Shown: positions 45,134 to 58,441 of the stretch, one piece after another
Layout of the letters: each line of letters starts with the position of its first letter
Numbering within the stretch: the stretch's first letter is position 1
From: Phyllobates terribilis
Lineage: Eukaryota
NCBI RefSeq assembly: GCF_046119375.1
Contig: NW_027362761.1
Coordinates: 60,016,001-60,080,000, forward strand
Direction: 5' to 3'
DNA: 64,000 nucleotides
Notes under the pieces: generated by a model
Database searches by the model: none
What the model was told of the DNA's origin: nothing
What the model saw: only the letters and a program-made list of their open reading frames with translations
Program-made: the position numbers and the translations under genes

Positions 45134-46359
45134 TGTGTAAATACAGTACATACAGTCAGTGTCAGACTGAAGAACATTGGGCCCACCATAGGATTTGATT
45201 CTGAGGGCCCACCTTTCTCCCCCACTCAAGAGCCCCATAGCAACTGCAAGGTTTGCACTATGAACTCTCCTAAAGAAAAGACCAGGGTCCATCGGAGGAT
45301 TCTCCGGTTCTCTGGTGGGCTAGTCCATCCTTGCATATAGTCATGGCCGAAAGTGTTGGAACCCTTGAAATTGTTCCAGAAAATGAAGTATTTCTCCCAG
45401 AAAATTATTGCAATTACACGTTTTGTTATACATATGTTTATTTCCTTTCTATGTATAGAGAAAAAAAGGCAAATTGGACGTAATTTATTACAAACCCCCA
45501 AAATGGGCAGGAAAAAATTAGATAGATTATTATTAGATGGATATAGACAGCACTACAGGATATTTGATGAAGTCAGGGGGTACCTTTATTCACTCACATA
45601 ATGTTGATGATGAGATCCAGGGGACAAAGGATCGCATGGCTTGCACTAAAATTAATGCCTTTGACTAGTGCTGCTACCTTTTTGTTTTACACTGTTGTAC
45701 CAACCAGGGTAATTTATTCAAAGGTCCAACCTTCATCTATTGATCATTTAGGGTATGTTCAAACCCAGGAAAATCGTTGCCAAAATCCCTTCAACAGCAC
45801 CATCCAGCTGAATGGGGTTTACTGAAACTTCTGTGCTTGCCAGCAAAACATCCCAATCTAGATGTATGGGCTAATATGTAGGAGCAGAAATATTTCCAGA
45901 AAAATTGCAGTGTGAGAATATACCATAATTTTAGCTTTCCAGTTACAGTGCTTTCTAAAACACTGCTTTCCTTGAGTACTGCTAATACAAATGTGTTAGG
46001 CCTATTATGTTACAAAAACATCAGTATTTATAGAGGTATGCAATATTTTGTCATCAGCCTTAAAGGGAACCTGTTATCAGGATTGTATACTCCAAATTGA
46101 TGACAGGAATGTAAAGGCACTGTAATATTTAATAAATCCATACCTTTTTGTAGAAATCCTTTTTGCTGAGCTATAGTTAAAATCTAATGGAAATGATTCG
46201 CAAGTGCAGTGGGTTGGGACAATGCACTTGCTTTTCTTCTTTTCCCGACCCGCAGCCTGCCTGCTGTCTTTAACTGACAGGTCGCTTTTCTTTCAATAAC
46301 CTGCTTTCCCTATGTAGGAGGGTGGCGGGCTAAGAAAACGCTGAGTCGAGATGGGGTTA

Positions 46360-47357
46360 CTGAGTTGTGGTTTTATACTGAATATGTGTTATGTGATTTA
46401 TGTGATAAAAAATGTTTTGCTGTGTTTTATCCCTATGCCCATTATTGTATGCTGGTTCTCCTATAGGCTTTGCCTAAGGACGTCCCTGGGAGGCGGGAGG
46501 TCTGCCCAGAGGGGAACCATACAATAGGTAGGGATTTAGTTTACACTAGACTGCTTAGACATTAGAGAGTTCCGGGTTACAGGCAGTTAGAGGGAGAGTC
46601 AGACAGAGGTGGACAGTTAGACTGTCAAGGTGTAGTCTGTGGCAAGGCCACCCAAGTTCTGGGTCCATGACCCCAACAGCACAGGACTGGTGTGGGTCCT
46701 GTTCCAAACCAGAGAGACAGAGTGGAGTGTTGGAGGAAGACTGAACGGACAGGGATACAGACTCCAAAAGCAGATACAGCAGTGGAGAAAGTGTTTTAAT
46801 AGTGCAAGTTGTCAGAACAAAATAAGGACACGTTTGATACTTGATCTGGACGCCGGCAGAGTCCTAGGCTTACAGCCCACCAGAGGTGCTCAGAAGGAGG
46901 CCTCTATATCCCTCATGGCGAGATTCTTAGCTGAGTCGCAGAAGAAGAGGATAATGTTGGGTCTCAGTACAGGATGAGGACGAACACTGGAAAGGTACAT
47001 AACCAAGGGTACTTCACTAACTAAAGACTATGTCTTAATTTGTATGCTTCAGCCATGTATAGAAGAATTGCAAAGTAAAAGGGAGCCTGTTAATCTTGAT
47101 CTACGATCTCCTGTCTTGTTTGAAGTCAGTTCCATTCCCATGGACAATGTAACAGTGAGTACAAACAGAAAATCCTGCATCACACTACACACTCTACTCC
47201 CTGTCCTTTATCGAAGAGGGGACACAGGGCGAAGAGAACTCAGTTCCGACACACAGTGTGATGATACCGGCCCTGTGTGCTCCCCCTTCACCCAGCAAGA
47301 GCTTTCACCAGTGCCTTGTCTGCTTAGGAAAGCGCATGCGCAGGTTGATAGTCCGTT
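46360..47357 (+). repeat. Possible LTR-like fragment, unclassified
   Basis: Non-coding, GA-rich middle and an AGTAAAA signal resemble Gypsy LTRs. No TG...CA ends with a TSD were found. Confidence 0.3.
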
Positions 47358-47600
47358 TAAGGGCAATGGTACCAAATACTAATGAAATGTATGTAAACTT
47401 TTGACTTTGCAGAAAGTAATAAAAATACCTTAAAACATTTTCTCTCTCTCATTATTCGGGCATTTGGCAAATATTAAAAATTATGGTAATCCTAATTGAC
47501 ATAAAATGGGAAAGGTTTATTCTCATTTCATGTCAGATATTGAGAAAATCATGCATATGTGTCTTTTTATATAGTGTATCTAAACTCCTGGTTTCAACTG
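47358..47600 (+). mobile_element. 3' end of a Sleeping Beauty-like (IR/DR) Tc1
   Basis: Transposase tail KGNGTKY*. Terminus ...GTGTATCTAAACTCCTGGTTTCAACTG|TA, whose reverse complement CAGTTGAAACC resembles the SB CAGTTGAA end. Confidence 0.75.
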
Positions 47601-48439
47601 TATGTCTTTAGAGGATCTAAAGGGCCCCATGTATCTGACCAACGTGCAGGTGGGGACTCAGGTCCAAATTTCGCATTGAGACCCATAGTACTCTTGTTAC
47701 GCCCCTGCACATTTACCACATACCATTATGCCGCTCAAACCATACTGTCATGTCTAAACCTTTAGTACCACTAGTGATGAGCGAGCATACTCGCAAGTAC
47801 TCGGTACTTGCCTGAGCATCTCAGTACTCGAGATACTCGGAGCTCGCCGAGTACTTGTGAGATGCTCGGGCGGATGCTCGGGTCCCCTCCCTGCATGTTT
47901 GGCACTTTTTACAGAGCCAATGAACACGCAGGGATTGCCTGCCACTAAATGTAATGCCGCAGCCATGTTGGTTGTGGCATTACAGTGATTGGCTGGCCGC
48001 ACAGCATCATCAGGTCTATATCAGACCCAGTGCCACCGTGCTCGTCAGGCTACTCTGCAATCAGACAGTATAGTGAGAGGTGCTGCTGAGCTAGGGAGAG
48101 ATTTGATTGTTTATTAGGTAGTGTAGATAGAACAGAAGTATATTACACATATCCATCTCAACAAACAGTCCTTCTAAGGACTGATCCATCTGCAGAGATA
48201 TCAGGCAGGCAGTGTATCTAGCAAACTGCAGTGCATATAGCACAAGAGGCTCCATTCCAGTTCTGTCTGCTGCTGCTATTAGACATTTCTAGACATAGGC
48301 CCAAGTCTCAGGGGCCAGGAATAATTTTTTTTTGGATCTTAATCCTCATTATTTGCTTAAAAAGCAATCCAGAGAACACCATTTTTTCTGCGCCATTTGC
48401 TAGTTGGCACGGCAGAATACAGCCAGGTCCTTTCCATAT

Positions 48440-48870
48440 TACAGCGCTAAAAATCCAGCTATTTAAAACTGTGGTTTGTCCGCCACATGGATCACATATA
48501 ATTGCGCTGAAAATATTGACATTTCGGGCCTCCATTGAAATTTTGTTGCAGTGTGTAAGTGAAGTTATTGACACCAGTTTGCTGTTAAAAATAGTTACCT
48601 ACAGGCCAGGTATTTAAAACTGTGGTTTGTCTGCCACACGGATCACATATACGTTTTCAGAAAATTCTTCCATTTCTGATCTCTATTAAAAAAAAATTTC
48701 AGTGTGTCAGCGACGTTTTTGACACGGGTTTGCTGTTCAAAATAGTTACCTACAGGCCAGATATTTAGAACTGTGGTTTCTCCGTTACATGGATCACATA
48801 TATATTTTCAGAAAATTCTGCCATTTCTGGCCTCCATTAAAAAATGTTTTCAGTGTGTCAGCGAAGTTTA
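48440..48870 (+). repeat. About 151-bp tandem repeat, 3 copies
   Basis: AACTGTGGTTT at offsets of 151 and 152. Confidence 0.85.
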
Positions 48871-49164
48871 TTCCTGGGGAGAGGGACAGGTCTACAAAAA
48901 TGGGGCAGTACCAGAAGGCCCTTGTTGCGGAACTATTAAAAAAATTCCCATCTGAAAACTCTGGCGGCAGAGGTCACAGTTCGTTGGACAACCAAGGACT
49001 ACAAGCGAGAGAGACACAACTCCAATCCAGCAGAGGCAGGGGAACACTGTCAAAGTTCTGGGAGAATTTTCACAGGACATGAGGAGCGGGGTACTCTCAC
49101 AAGGAGCGCAAAGTTTGGGAAGATGCTGAGGGAGTACCTTGCCGACCGTACCAACGATACCAAA

Positions 49165-49880
49165 CATAATGGGAGACCCACTTCCTAATAATGAGAACAT
49201 TGTTTTCAGGAGGCCCTCTGACCTCCACGTCTTTTCCAAGGGGCATTGGAGTGCCTCACAATTTTTGGCAACCCTTGCATTCACTGCATAGGCAAACACA
49301 ATGGGAGACCCACTTCCTAATAATGGGGACATTGTTTTCAGGAGGCCCTCTGACCTCCACATCTCTTCCAAGGGGCATTGGAGTGCCTCCAAATTTTAGG
49401 CAACCCTTGCATTCACTGCATAGGCAAACATAATGGGAGACCCACTTCCTAATAATGGGAACATTGTTTTCAGGAGGCCCTCTGACCTCCACATCTCTTC
49501 CAAGGGGCATTGGAGTGCCTCCCAATTTTTGGAAACCTTTGCATTCACTGCATAGGAAAAACACAATGGGAGACCCACTTCCTAATAATAGGAACATTTT
49601 TTTTCAGGAGGCCCTCCTCTTCGTCTCTTCCAAGGAGCATTGGAGTAAGTCCAAATTTTTGGCAGCCCTTGCATTCAGTGCATAGCCAAATAGCATGGGA
49701 GACCCACTTCCTAATAATGGGAACTTTGTTTTCAGAAGGCCCTCTTCTAAGTCTCTTCAAAGAGGTATTGGTGTGTGTCCAAATTTTCAAAGGGGTATTG
49801 GGGGTGCGTCCAAATTTTGGGCCGCCCTACCACTCACTGCATACGCAATAACAGTATAGGAGACCCACTCTTTAGTAATG
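49165..49880 (+). repeat. About 132-bp tandem repeat, 5-6 copies
   Basis: GGGAGACCCACTTCCTAATAAT at 49171, 49303, 49435, 49568 and 49697, with a degenerate copy at about 49859. Confidence 0.92.
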
Positions 49881-51342
49881 GGAACAACAAAGCACAGCCG
49901 GCTGATGGCTCTCTAAGAATAATGAGGGCTGACTGCTGGCCCTTTAAGAATAGTAAAGGCCACCTGATGGCCCTACAAAAATAGGCTTTGTGACTTTTCA
50001 GAGTCCCTCCTTCATAAATGAAACAGGATGTGTCTGATCATGTCTCACAAATCACATGGCTAGATAAGGTTGTAAAATGCTAAAATGACATTTCCCGGTG
50101 AATACATTTGTCACGGTTGAAAGCAATACAAAAGTGCAAAAACGCATCAAAAAACGCTACGTGTGAACATAGCCTATGGTTTGGAGGAGTATTTTTGTTT
50201 TTGATTATTTATTTTGCCTTATATACAAGTCATTACCCTGGAAAGGATGTTCCTTAACATATTTCCCAGGAAAATCCATTTTGGTTTCGTTTTTGTATGT
50301 TTTATTGTGAGTCCGTAAAAGTGGCGTAATACCTCTGACAACATTGTTGACAGCAGTGACCTGGGAGTCAGAAATGCTTCCAGGGGTCTTCCTCATGAGG
50401 GTCCCATGTCATTTGAGCACTGTTCCCATCGATTTGGGCAATTTTTATGCCCTCTGCAGATCGCTGGGGGGGTGCCGTCTGAAAAAAGCTCGAGTTTCCC
50501 ATAGACTTACATTGGGCTCATTGCTTGGGTTGAGCACCCGAGTATTCCAATGTGCTCGACCCGAGCATCGAGCACCCGAGCATTTTAGTGCTCGCCCATC
50601 ACTAAGTACCACATATCAACTGGAATGTATGAAGGTGCACATGCTGTATGCCAAGTATGAGAAAGAATAACTAGTGAGCTCTTTGTTATCTGACATTATG
50701 ACACTAGAAAGATATTTTCAATTATGTTTATTGAAGACCAACACAGTAAGTAAATAGCAATAAAAGTATTTGGAAAAATTTAATATTTTGTTTCTCAGGA
50801 AATTCATACTCTGCTGAGAAATCAAATTCATGTGTATGACAAATATTATAGGGATGCATCTCATCCTTTTTTTTATTAGTGGTACTTTCTACATATCAGT
50901 TGTTATCTGATCATGATGATCGGCAGACAGGCTTCTCTATTTGTCAACCTCACTAATTGACATATCTTACCTTGTGCTGTACTATCTTCTCAGAGCATCC
51001 ATATTTTCTCCCCAGCCATTATGCCTTAAGCAATTTCTTCTTGTAGTCTGAATTTATTGGATATAATTCATTCCAAAGTCATGCTGCGTTCATAATACTC
51101 CAGCAGTGATATGTAGTTTTTTTTTTTTACTCAAAAATATGTTCATTTTCAAATATTTAAAAGAAATTTGTAAAATGCATAATGCAATGATGATATGTAC
51201 ACAATTTTAATACTAATGATACTTATAATAATAGTATAACTTTTAATAAGTAATTGAGATAAGTAAAACACTGGTGGTCGATAGAATTAATCATCTGGGG
51301 TGAGCATCCACCAAAAAGTGAACTTCTATTTTTTTAATTTTT

Positions 51343-52638
51343 TATTATCCCTTTTTAGACCTAAGACGTACCTATACGTCATAGGTCGCTTCCGTCCCTT
51401 TGATGTGGACTCCGGCGCTGAGCATCTTTTCAGGCACATGACAGCTGATCTAATCAGCTGTCATGTGCCCCTAACAGCCGAAGTTGGAATCGCGATCTTA
51501 GTGCGGCTGTTAACATGTTAAATGCCACTGTAAATCTCTGATAGTGGCATTTAATATGCGTGCGCCATAAGTGAGTCACAAACCACGCCCATTGGCACCC
51601 TTGTCACATGATTGCGGGGTGGCAATTGGTTGGAATGAAAGCCAGGAGTCTGTAGGAGACCCCTGTGCTTGTCATTGCAGATCTGCTATGAGCGTCACCC
51701 CGTGGCCAGCGTTCATAGCAGATGATTATTTCTGCTACATATAGCAGGGCTGAAGACCTGCTATGTGTAGCACAAGTGTTCAAAAGCAAGTGGAAATAAA
51801 AAAAAGTTTTAAAAAATAGTAAAAAAATAAAAAAATATAAAAGTTAAAGTCACCCCCCTTTTGGCCCATTCAAAATAAAACAATAAAAAAACATCAAAAA
51901 TACACATATTTGGTATCACTGCTTTCAGAAACACCCAATCTATCAAAATATAAAAATAATTAATCCGATCAGTAAATGGAGTAATGTTCAAAATGCTAGA
52001 ATTACGTTTTTTTGGTCGACAAAACATTGCAAAAAATGTAATAACAGGAAATCAAAACATTGCACCTAGCTCAAAATGATATCAATAAAAATGTCAGCTT
52101 GGCGTGCAAAAAATAAGCCCTCATCCAGCCCCAGATCCCGAAAAATGGAGACTCTATAGGTCTCTGAAAATGGCGCCTTTTTTTTATACAAACTTTGGAT
52201 TCTTTTTCACAACTTAAATAAAAAAGAAACTATTCATGTTTGGTATCTGCAAACTTGTAATGACCTGGAGAATGATAATGGCAGGTCAGTTTTAGCATTT
52301 AGTGAACATGGTAAATAAAACAAAAACAATTGCGGATCAACATGTTAGGCTATGGGTTGAACTAGATGGACTTAGTCTTCCTTCAACCTTAAAAACTATG
52401 TTACTATGTAATTGTGGTATTGCACTTTTTTTGCAATTTTACAGCACATTTTTTCCCATTTTCCAGTTAACTATATGGTAAAACCTATGGTGTCGTTCAA
52501 AAATACAACTCGTCCCGCAAAGAACAGCTCCTCACACGGCCATATTGACGGAAAATTAAAAAGTTATGGCTCTGGAAAGAAGGGGAGCTAAAAACGAAAG
52601 TGCAAAAACAGAAAATCCCAAGGTGATGAAGGGGTTAT
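51343..52638 (-). mobile_element. TTAACCCCTT-type non-autonomous element
   Basis: Degraded termini TTATCCCTTT / GAAGGGGTTA; homologous to 33127-34189. Confidence 0.7.
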
Positions 52639-52686
52639 ACAAGACTTTGTCCTATACACTATGTACAAACATAACTGCATTTAGAC

Positions 52687-53104
52687 TTAAAGGGAATTTG
52701 TCAACAGGATTTCACATCCTGAACTATTTATATTCTCATGAAGTACTTTCAAAGGCAAGTCCAGCAATATCTTTATCTAGACAGTCAGTTTCTCCATTAC
52801 TGAGAAATCATCATTTGAATTAATATGCAAACGAGACTGCAGATCTAAAGCTTCTGTCACTCCAGCTCTATTCCCCACCCAGTGCTTCCTTCTCCTGTCT
52901 GACTGATGGCTCCTTTGTCTGAAGTCACACAGCATAGAGGCTGACAGACAAGAAGGAGGAAGCGGCATAGGACGTGGAATAGAGCTGGAGTGACAGAAGC
53001 TTCAGATCTACAGCCTCATTTGCATATCAATTCAAATGCTGATTTCTCAGGAAAGGAGGAATGGATTTGCCATGTAAAGGTATCCTTTTAAAGATTTCCG
53101 TTAA
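52687..53104. mobile_element. Palindromic TTAA MITE
   Basis: TTAAAGGGAATTTGTC ... AGATTTCCGTTAA, with an internal inverted repeat (GAGAAATCA...TCTGTCACTCCAGCTCTATT / AATAGAGCTGGAGTGACAGA...TGATTTCTC). Confidence 0.7.
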
Positions 53105-53144
53105 AATACATACATTATTCACTTATGTATGGATGTGTATATAT

Positions 53145-53721
53145 TGTGAGGCAGTGAGGGAAATTATATGCAAAGGCCGGTATGTGTCCACCAGGATACG
53201 CATAGAGGCATATTGAACCTGCTAACGTGCTGTGGTTGCCGTGCAAATAAGTAAGTGTGGACTTGGTCAAGCTATTTGTCCAAGTCAGATTTAAGAAAAC
53301 CTGACATGGGCTTTTATTTTTGAAGAGGTCTATAGGATTGGTAGTGGGATGGACTTCTCCCTCCACTCCGGGTTTTGGGAGTAGCCCATATCCAAAAAAC
53401 CCATTTAAAATTTTAGTTGACCTTTGTGTGTGTCAGTGTTTAGTTTGAGGCTTGAGAGCAGGAGCTCTCTGCAGTACAGGTCTGTGTGAGACTCAACCCA
53501 GGTCAGAGCCAAAGGAAAGAAAGCCACTGACGCACCCACAGGAGATACGATGGTATAGTCGCCAACGGCAACGGACTGTTATGGACTATGCGGTTGCGAT
53601 CGGTAGGATAACATTTGCTTCCTTTTGTTATGAGTTGCCAAAATAAAGACTTTTAAGTTGGACTAACATGGGTCACTGGCACTGCCTCTTTACTGCACTG
53701 TGTGAACACCGCTGCATTACA
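53145..53721 (+). repeat. Solo LTR (577 bp), third LTR family
   Basis: TGTGAGGCAGTG...GCATTACA, AATAAA at about 53642 and a 4-bp TSD ATAT. The TSD is weak evidence because the flanks are AT-rich. Confidence 0.75.
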
Positions 53722-53749
53722 ATATATATATGTGTGTTGTGTGTGTATA

Positions 53750-55340
53750 CAGTGGGGGAAATAAGTATTTGATCCCTTGCTGTTTTTGTAAGTTTGCACA
53801 CTGACAAAGACATGAACAGTCTATAATTTTAAGGGTAGGTTAATTTTAACATTGAGAGATAGAATATCCCCAAAAAATCAACAAAATCACATTGTATAAA
53901 TTAGATTTTTTTTTTTCATTTTGCAGTGAGAAATAAGTATTTGATCCCCTACAAACCATTATGAGTTCTGGCTCCTACAGACCAGTTAGATGCTCCTAAT
54001 CAACTCATTACCTGCATTAAAGATAGCTGTCATACATAGTCACCTGCATAAAAGACTCCTGTCCACAGACTCAATTAATGAGTCAGACTTTAACCTCTAC
54101 AACATGGGCGAGACCAAAGAGCTTTCTAAGGATGTCAGGGACAAGATTATAGACCTGCACAAAGCTGGAATGGGCTACAAAACCATAAGTAAGACATTGG
54201 GTGAGAAGAAGACAACTGTTGGTGCAATAGTAAAAAAATGGAAGAAATACAAAATGACTGTCAATCGACATCGATTTGGAGCACTATGCAAAATCTCACA
54301 ACGTGGGGTATCCTTGATCATGAGGAAGGTGAGAGATCAGCCTAAAACTACACGGGGGAACTTGTTAATGGTCTCAAGGCAGCTGGGACCGCAGTCACCA
54401 AGAAAACCATTGATAACACATTAAGCCTTATAGGTTTAAAATCCTGCAGTGCCCGCAAGATCCCCCTGCTCAAGAAAGCACATGTGCAGGCCCATCTGAA
54501 GCTTGCCAATGAACACTTGAATGATTCTGTGAGTTATTGGGAGAAGGTGCTGTGGTCAGATGAGACAAAAATTGAGCTCTTTAACTCAACTCGCCGTGTT
54601 TGGAGGAAGAAGAAGGATGAGTACAACCCTAAGAACATCGTCCCAACCGTGAAGCATGGTGGGGGAAAACATTATACTTTGGGGGTGCTTTTCTGCAAAG
54701 GGGACATGACAACTGCACCGTACTGAAGGGAAGATGGATGGGGTCATGTATCGTGAGATTTTTGGCCAACAACCTCCTTCCCTCAGTAAGAGCACTTGTT
54801 GGGTCGTGGCTGGGTCTTCCAGCAAGACAATGACAAAAAAACATACAGCCAAGGCAACAAAGGAGTGGCTCAAAAAGAAGCACAGTAAGGTCTTGGAGTG
54901 GCCTAGTCAGTCTCCAGACCTTAATCCCATAGAAAACTTATGGAGGGAGTTGAAGCTCCGAGTTGCCAAGCGACAGCCTCAAAATCTTAATGATTTAGAG
55001 ATGAACTGCAAAGAGGAGTGGACCAAAATTCCTCCCGACATGTGCGCAAACCTCATCATCAACTACAAAAAATGTCCGTCTGCTCTGCTAGCCAACTAGG
55101 GTTTTGCCACCAAGTATTAAGTGTTGTTTGCCAGAGGGATCAAATACTTATTTCTCACTGCAAAATGCAAAAAAAATTATCTAATTTATACAATGTGATT
55201 TTCTTGATTTTTTATTTTTTCTTGGGATATTCTATCTCTCAATATTAAAATTAACCTATCCTTAAAATTATAAAATTATAGACTGTTAATGGGCAAACTT
55301 ACAAAAACAGCAAGGGATCAAATAATTATTTCCCCCACTG
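53750..55340 (+). mobile_element. Tc1 transposon, full-length, defective
   Basis: CAGTGGGGGAAATAAGTATTTGATCCC...GGGATCAAATAATTATTTCCCCCACTG. Transposase from ATG 54104 ([14 protein letters not shown]) is frameshifted. Confidence 0.92.
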
Positions 55341-55635
55341 AAATACATTATATATATAGAGTATATATATATATATATACTGTACATACACATATAGTGT
55401 GTATATATAGAGTGGCCGTATAGTAACAAGGTAACCTAAAATTATTATAATTAAATGTGTCAAAACAGCTCAATGTATATAAACACCTACAACAAAGAGT
55501 ATTTGCTTGTCTTTCTCTAGTACTATGGTGAGCCATTTGGCTTATTGAATATATTAATATATTAGCTATATGCCTGGTTTAGTGTTATTTTTCTTTTACA
55601 TATGGCTTGCTATTTACTTAGAATTATATAGGAAT

Positions 55636-56726
55636 TAGTGTTGAGCGAGCATGCTCGACACTGCTCGGTACTCGCCCAAGCATCTCGCTACTCGGGATGT
55701 TCAGCGAGCACCGAGCATTTCCGGGTAACTCGGGCAGGAGCTCGGGTCTCCGCCCTGCGCGTTTGGCGCTCTTTACAGAGTCAATGAACATGCAGGGATT
55801 GCCAGCCAGTCACTGGAATGCCGCAGCCATGTAGTTTGTGGGCATTACAGTGATTGGCTGGCCACACAGCGTCACCTCGAGTATTTAAAACCGGGCGCCG
55901 CCATCTTGGACACAGTCGCTCCGGATCAGACAGTGTAGGGTCAGTGCTGCTGAGCTAGGGAGAGATTTATACTGCGAAATAGTTAGTGTAGGGTCTCTAA
56001 AGCTTGCCAAATCAAACAAACAGTCCTCCTGAGGACTAATATTCATCCCAGATATCAGGCAGGCAGGCTGTATAGGAGACGCAGTGGTTATACCAATAAA
56101 CACTGCATTACAGTCCTGTGTGCTCCTGCTGGTCAAATTGCTAGACTTATCCCCCGGTCTCAGGGGCCAGGAAAAATCCTTTTTTTTTTCATCTAAATCC
56201 TGTATTTTTTTTTTCCTCAGTCAGACTGTACAAATACACGTCTTATTAACCCTTTGTATCCCCCCCCCCCCCGAAAAAAAATTTAGTGTGTCTGTGACTG
56301 TTCAGACACCAATATATCTGTTTAAAATATTCTGGTGTAGGCCAGATAACTAGAAGTTTGGTTTTGCAGTTCCACGGTTCAAATCTCTGTATTATGCAGC
56401 TTTTGGCCTTTCTTACATAAAAAAAAACAGTAATAGTGTCTCCCTGACTGTTCAGACACAAATATATCTGTTTAAAAGATTCTGGCGTAGGCCAGATAAC
56501 TAGAAGTTTGGTTTTGCAGTTCCATGGTTCAAATCTCTGTATTATCCAGCTTTTGGCCTTTTTTTAAATTAAAAAAACAGTAATAGTGTCTCCCTGACTG
56601 TTCAGACACAAATATATCTGTTTAAAATATTCTGGTGTAGACCAGGTAACTAGAAGTTTGGGTTTGCAGTTTCAAATCTCACTATTATCCAGCTTTTGGC
56701 CTTTTTTACATAAAAAAAAACCAGTA
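55636..56726 (+). mobile_element. 5' part of a hAT element related to 47772-50604, with 150-bp repeats
   Basis: Starts TAGTGTTGAGCGAGCATGCTCG. CCAGRTAACTAGAAGTTTGG recurs at 56341, 56491 and 56641. Interrupted by a MITE. Confidence 0.8.
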
Positions 56727-57013
56727 AGGCTGGGTGCCCACGTAGCGTTTTTCAAGCGTTTATGCTGCGGAATTTCCGCAGCATAAACGCTTGTGAAACG
56801 CTAGGTAATCCGCACCCCATGGTCCCCAAGGGGATTCCGCATGTTCTATGCACATGCTGCGGATTTTTCCGCAGCGTTTATGCTGCGTACAAAAATCTGC
56901 AGCATGTCATTTAATTTTGCGGAAGCGCAGCGGAACTCCCGCCATTGACTTGCATTGAGACGCATATAAACCGCGACTGTACATTTGTACAAGCGGCTTC
57001 TATGCGTCTCTAT
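56727..57013. mobile_element. Left part of a MITE (family of 9373-10106), interrupted by a hAT
   Basis: AGGCTGGGTGCCCAC..., colinear with 9373-9610. Confidence 0.8.
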
Positions 57014-57924
57014 TAGAGATGAGCGTTGTTCGACTCGAACTGTTCGCCAATCTCAAATTCGAGCTGTTTTGGGCGGTGTTCGAGCCGTTCGGTGAACACG
57101 AACAATTTGAGAAAAATTCGGTTGTTCGAGGTTATGTTCGATAACTGTTCGTGCACCAAAATCATAACTGGATTTTTTCTCAGTAATGATGAAAATTAAT
57201 GTTAATACGCAGTTTGAGTGTACAGCGGGGCGGGGGGAGGGGCAGGGGATGGATCTCTGCAGGAATAATGAAGATCTCCATTTTTTTTTCTCTTTCCCGC
57301 ATTTACAGTGGGGAGGTGCAATCTGTCAGCCTATCAGCAGGGCACACACGGAGCGAAGTGCTTTTTTTCACACAAGCAAGGGCATGTGTCATTGGCAGTG
57401 TATGTCACATGTCCTTGCCCTATAAGACCAAGCCATTTTCCCCGTCGCCACCATTTTGTCACTGCTGCAGCTGTGTGTTAGACGGCACGGCTGTTGCTGT
57501 GTGCGCTATACCTTGTTAATTTCAAGCCAATTTTCGCACAAATCTACAGATAGCTTGGGAGTAGGGAATAGTTGTGATTGCAGTCCTTTTAAGGACTAAG
57601 TTACAGCATTTCCTACAACTTTTATCAGGCAGGTCTGTGCTCTTAAATAGATAGGTTGGGAGTAAAGACTAATTGTAATTGCAGTCCTTTTCAGGACTAG
57701 GTTACATCAGTTCCTATCAGTTTTTGCCAGGCAGGTCTGTGCCAGTGCTGTGCAAGATTTTTTCACAGCATTTGGCTGAATCTAGCAAAGCTAATCCTTT
57801 TTGGCCTATTGCAGAGTGTGTTAGTCAGTGGAGTAGCCTATCTGTGTTGCAAGCTACACCACCTGTGTATAGAATACCAATTTTTTTACTGCAACTAGTG
57901 AAGTAAAATCTTTTGGGCATAGCA

Positions 57925-58330
57925 TCATTCTATTAGTCCATCTATACTGACCTCCATCAGGTTGCAAATTCAAAATAATTTTTTTCTGCATCTAGCTCTG
58001 AAAAAATATTTGGCCTTCTAGCAGTGTGTGGGACTTTCTCTATTAGTCCATCTATACTGACCTCCATCAGGTTGCAAATTAAAAATATTTTTTTGTCTGC
58101 ATCTAGCTCTGAAAAAATATTTGGCCTTCTAGCAGTGTGTGGGACTTTCTCTATTAGTCCATCTATACTGACCTCCATCAGGTTGCAAACTGAATATATT
58201 TTTTTTCTGCATCTACCTCTGAAAAAATATTTGGGCTTCTAGCTGTGTGTGGGACTTGTTCTATTAGTCCATCTATATTGACCTCCATCAGGTTGCAAAT
58301 TGAATATAATTTTTTTCTGCATCTAACCCA
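57925..58330 (+). repeat. 110-bp tandem array upstream of the hAT transposase
   Basis: TATTAGTCCATCTATA at 57931, 58041, 58152 and 58262. Confidence 0.93.
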
Positions 58331-58441
58331 GCCAATAGTTTTGGCCTAATACCACAGTTTGGCCACTCAGCTCTGCTCGGTTCCCATCCATTGTTTTTTT
58401 GTGCAAACAACTCCAGAGTTGTGAATTAGTTAACCACCAAA

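Larger units (their letters stand above)
47772..50604 (+). mobile_element. Non-autonomous hAT element (deletion derivative), 2833 bp
   Basis: Termini TAGTGATGAGCG / CGCCCATCACTA and a perfect 8-bp TSD AGTACCAC (47764-47771 / 50605-50612). About 300 bp of transposase-like remnant at about 48870-49160. Confidence 0.92.

Noticed and set aside
46639-47382. ORFs of 112 aa as host genes
   Set aside because: No domain similarity. The second ORF ends in the Tc1 tail KGNGTKY, so it is a chance fusion across a repeat junction.
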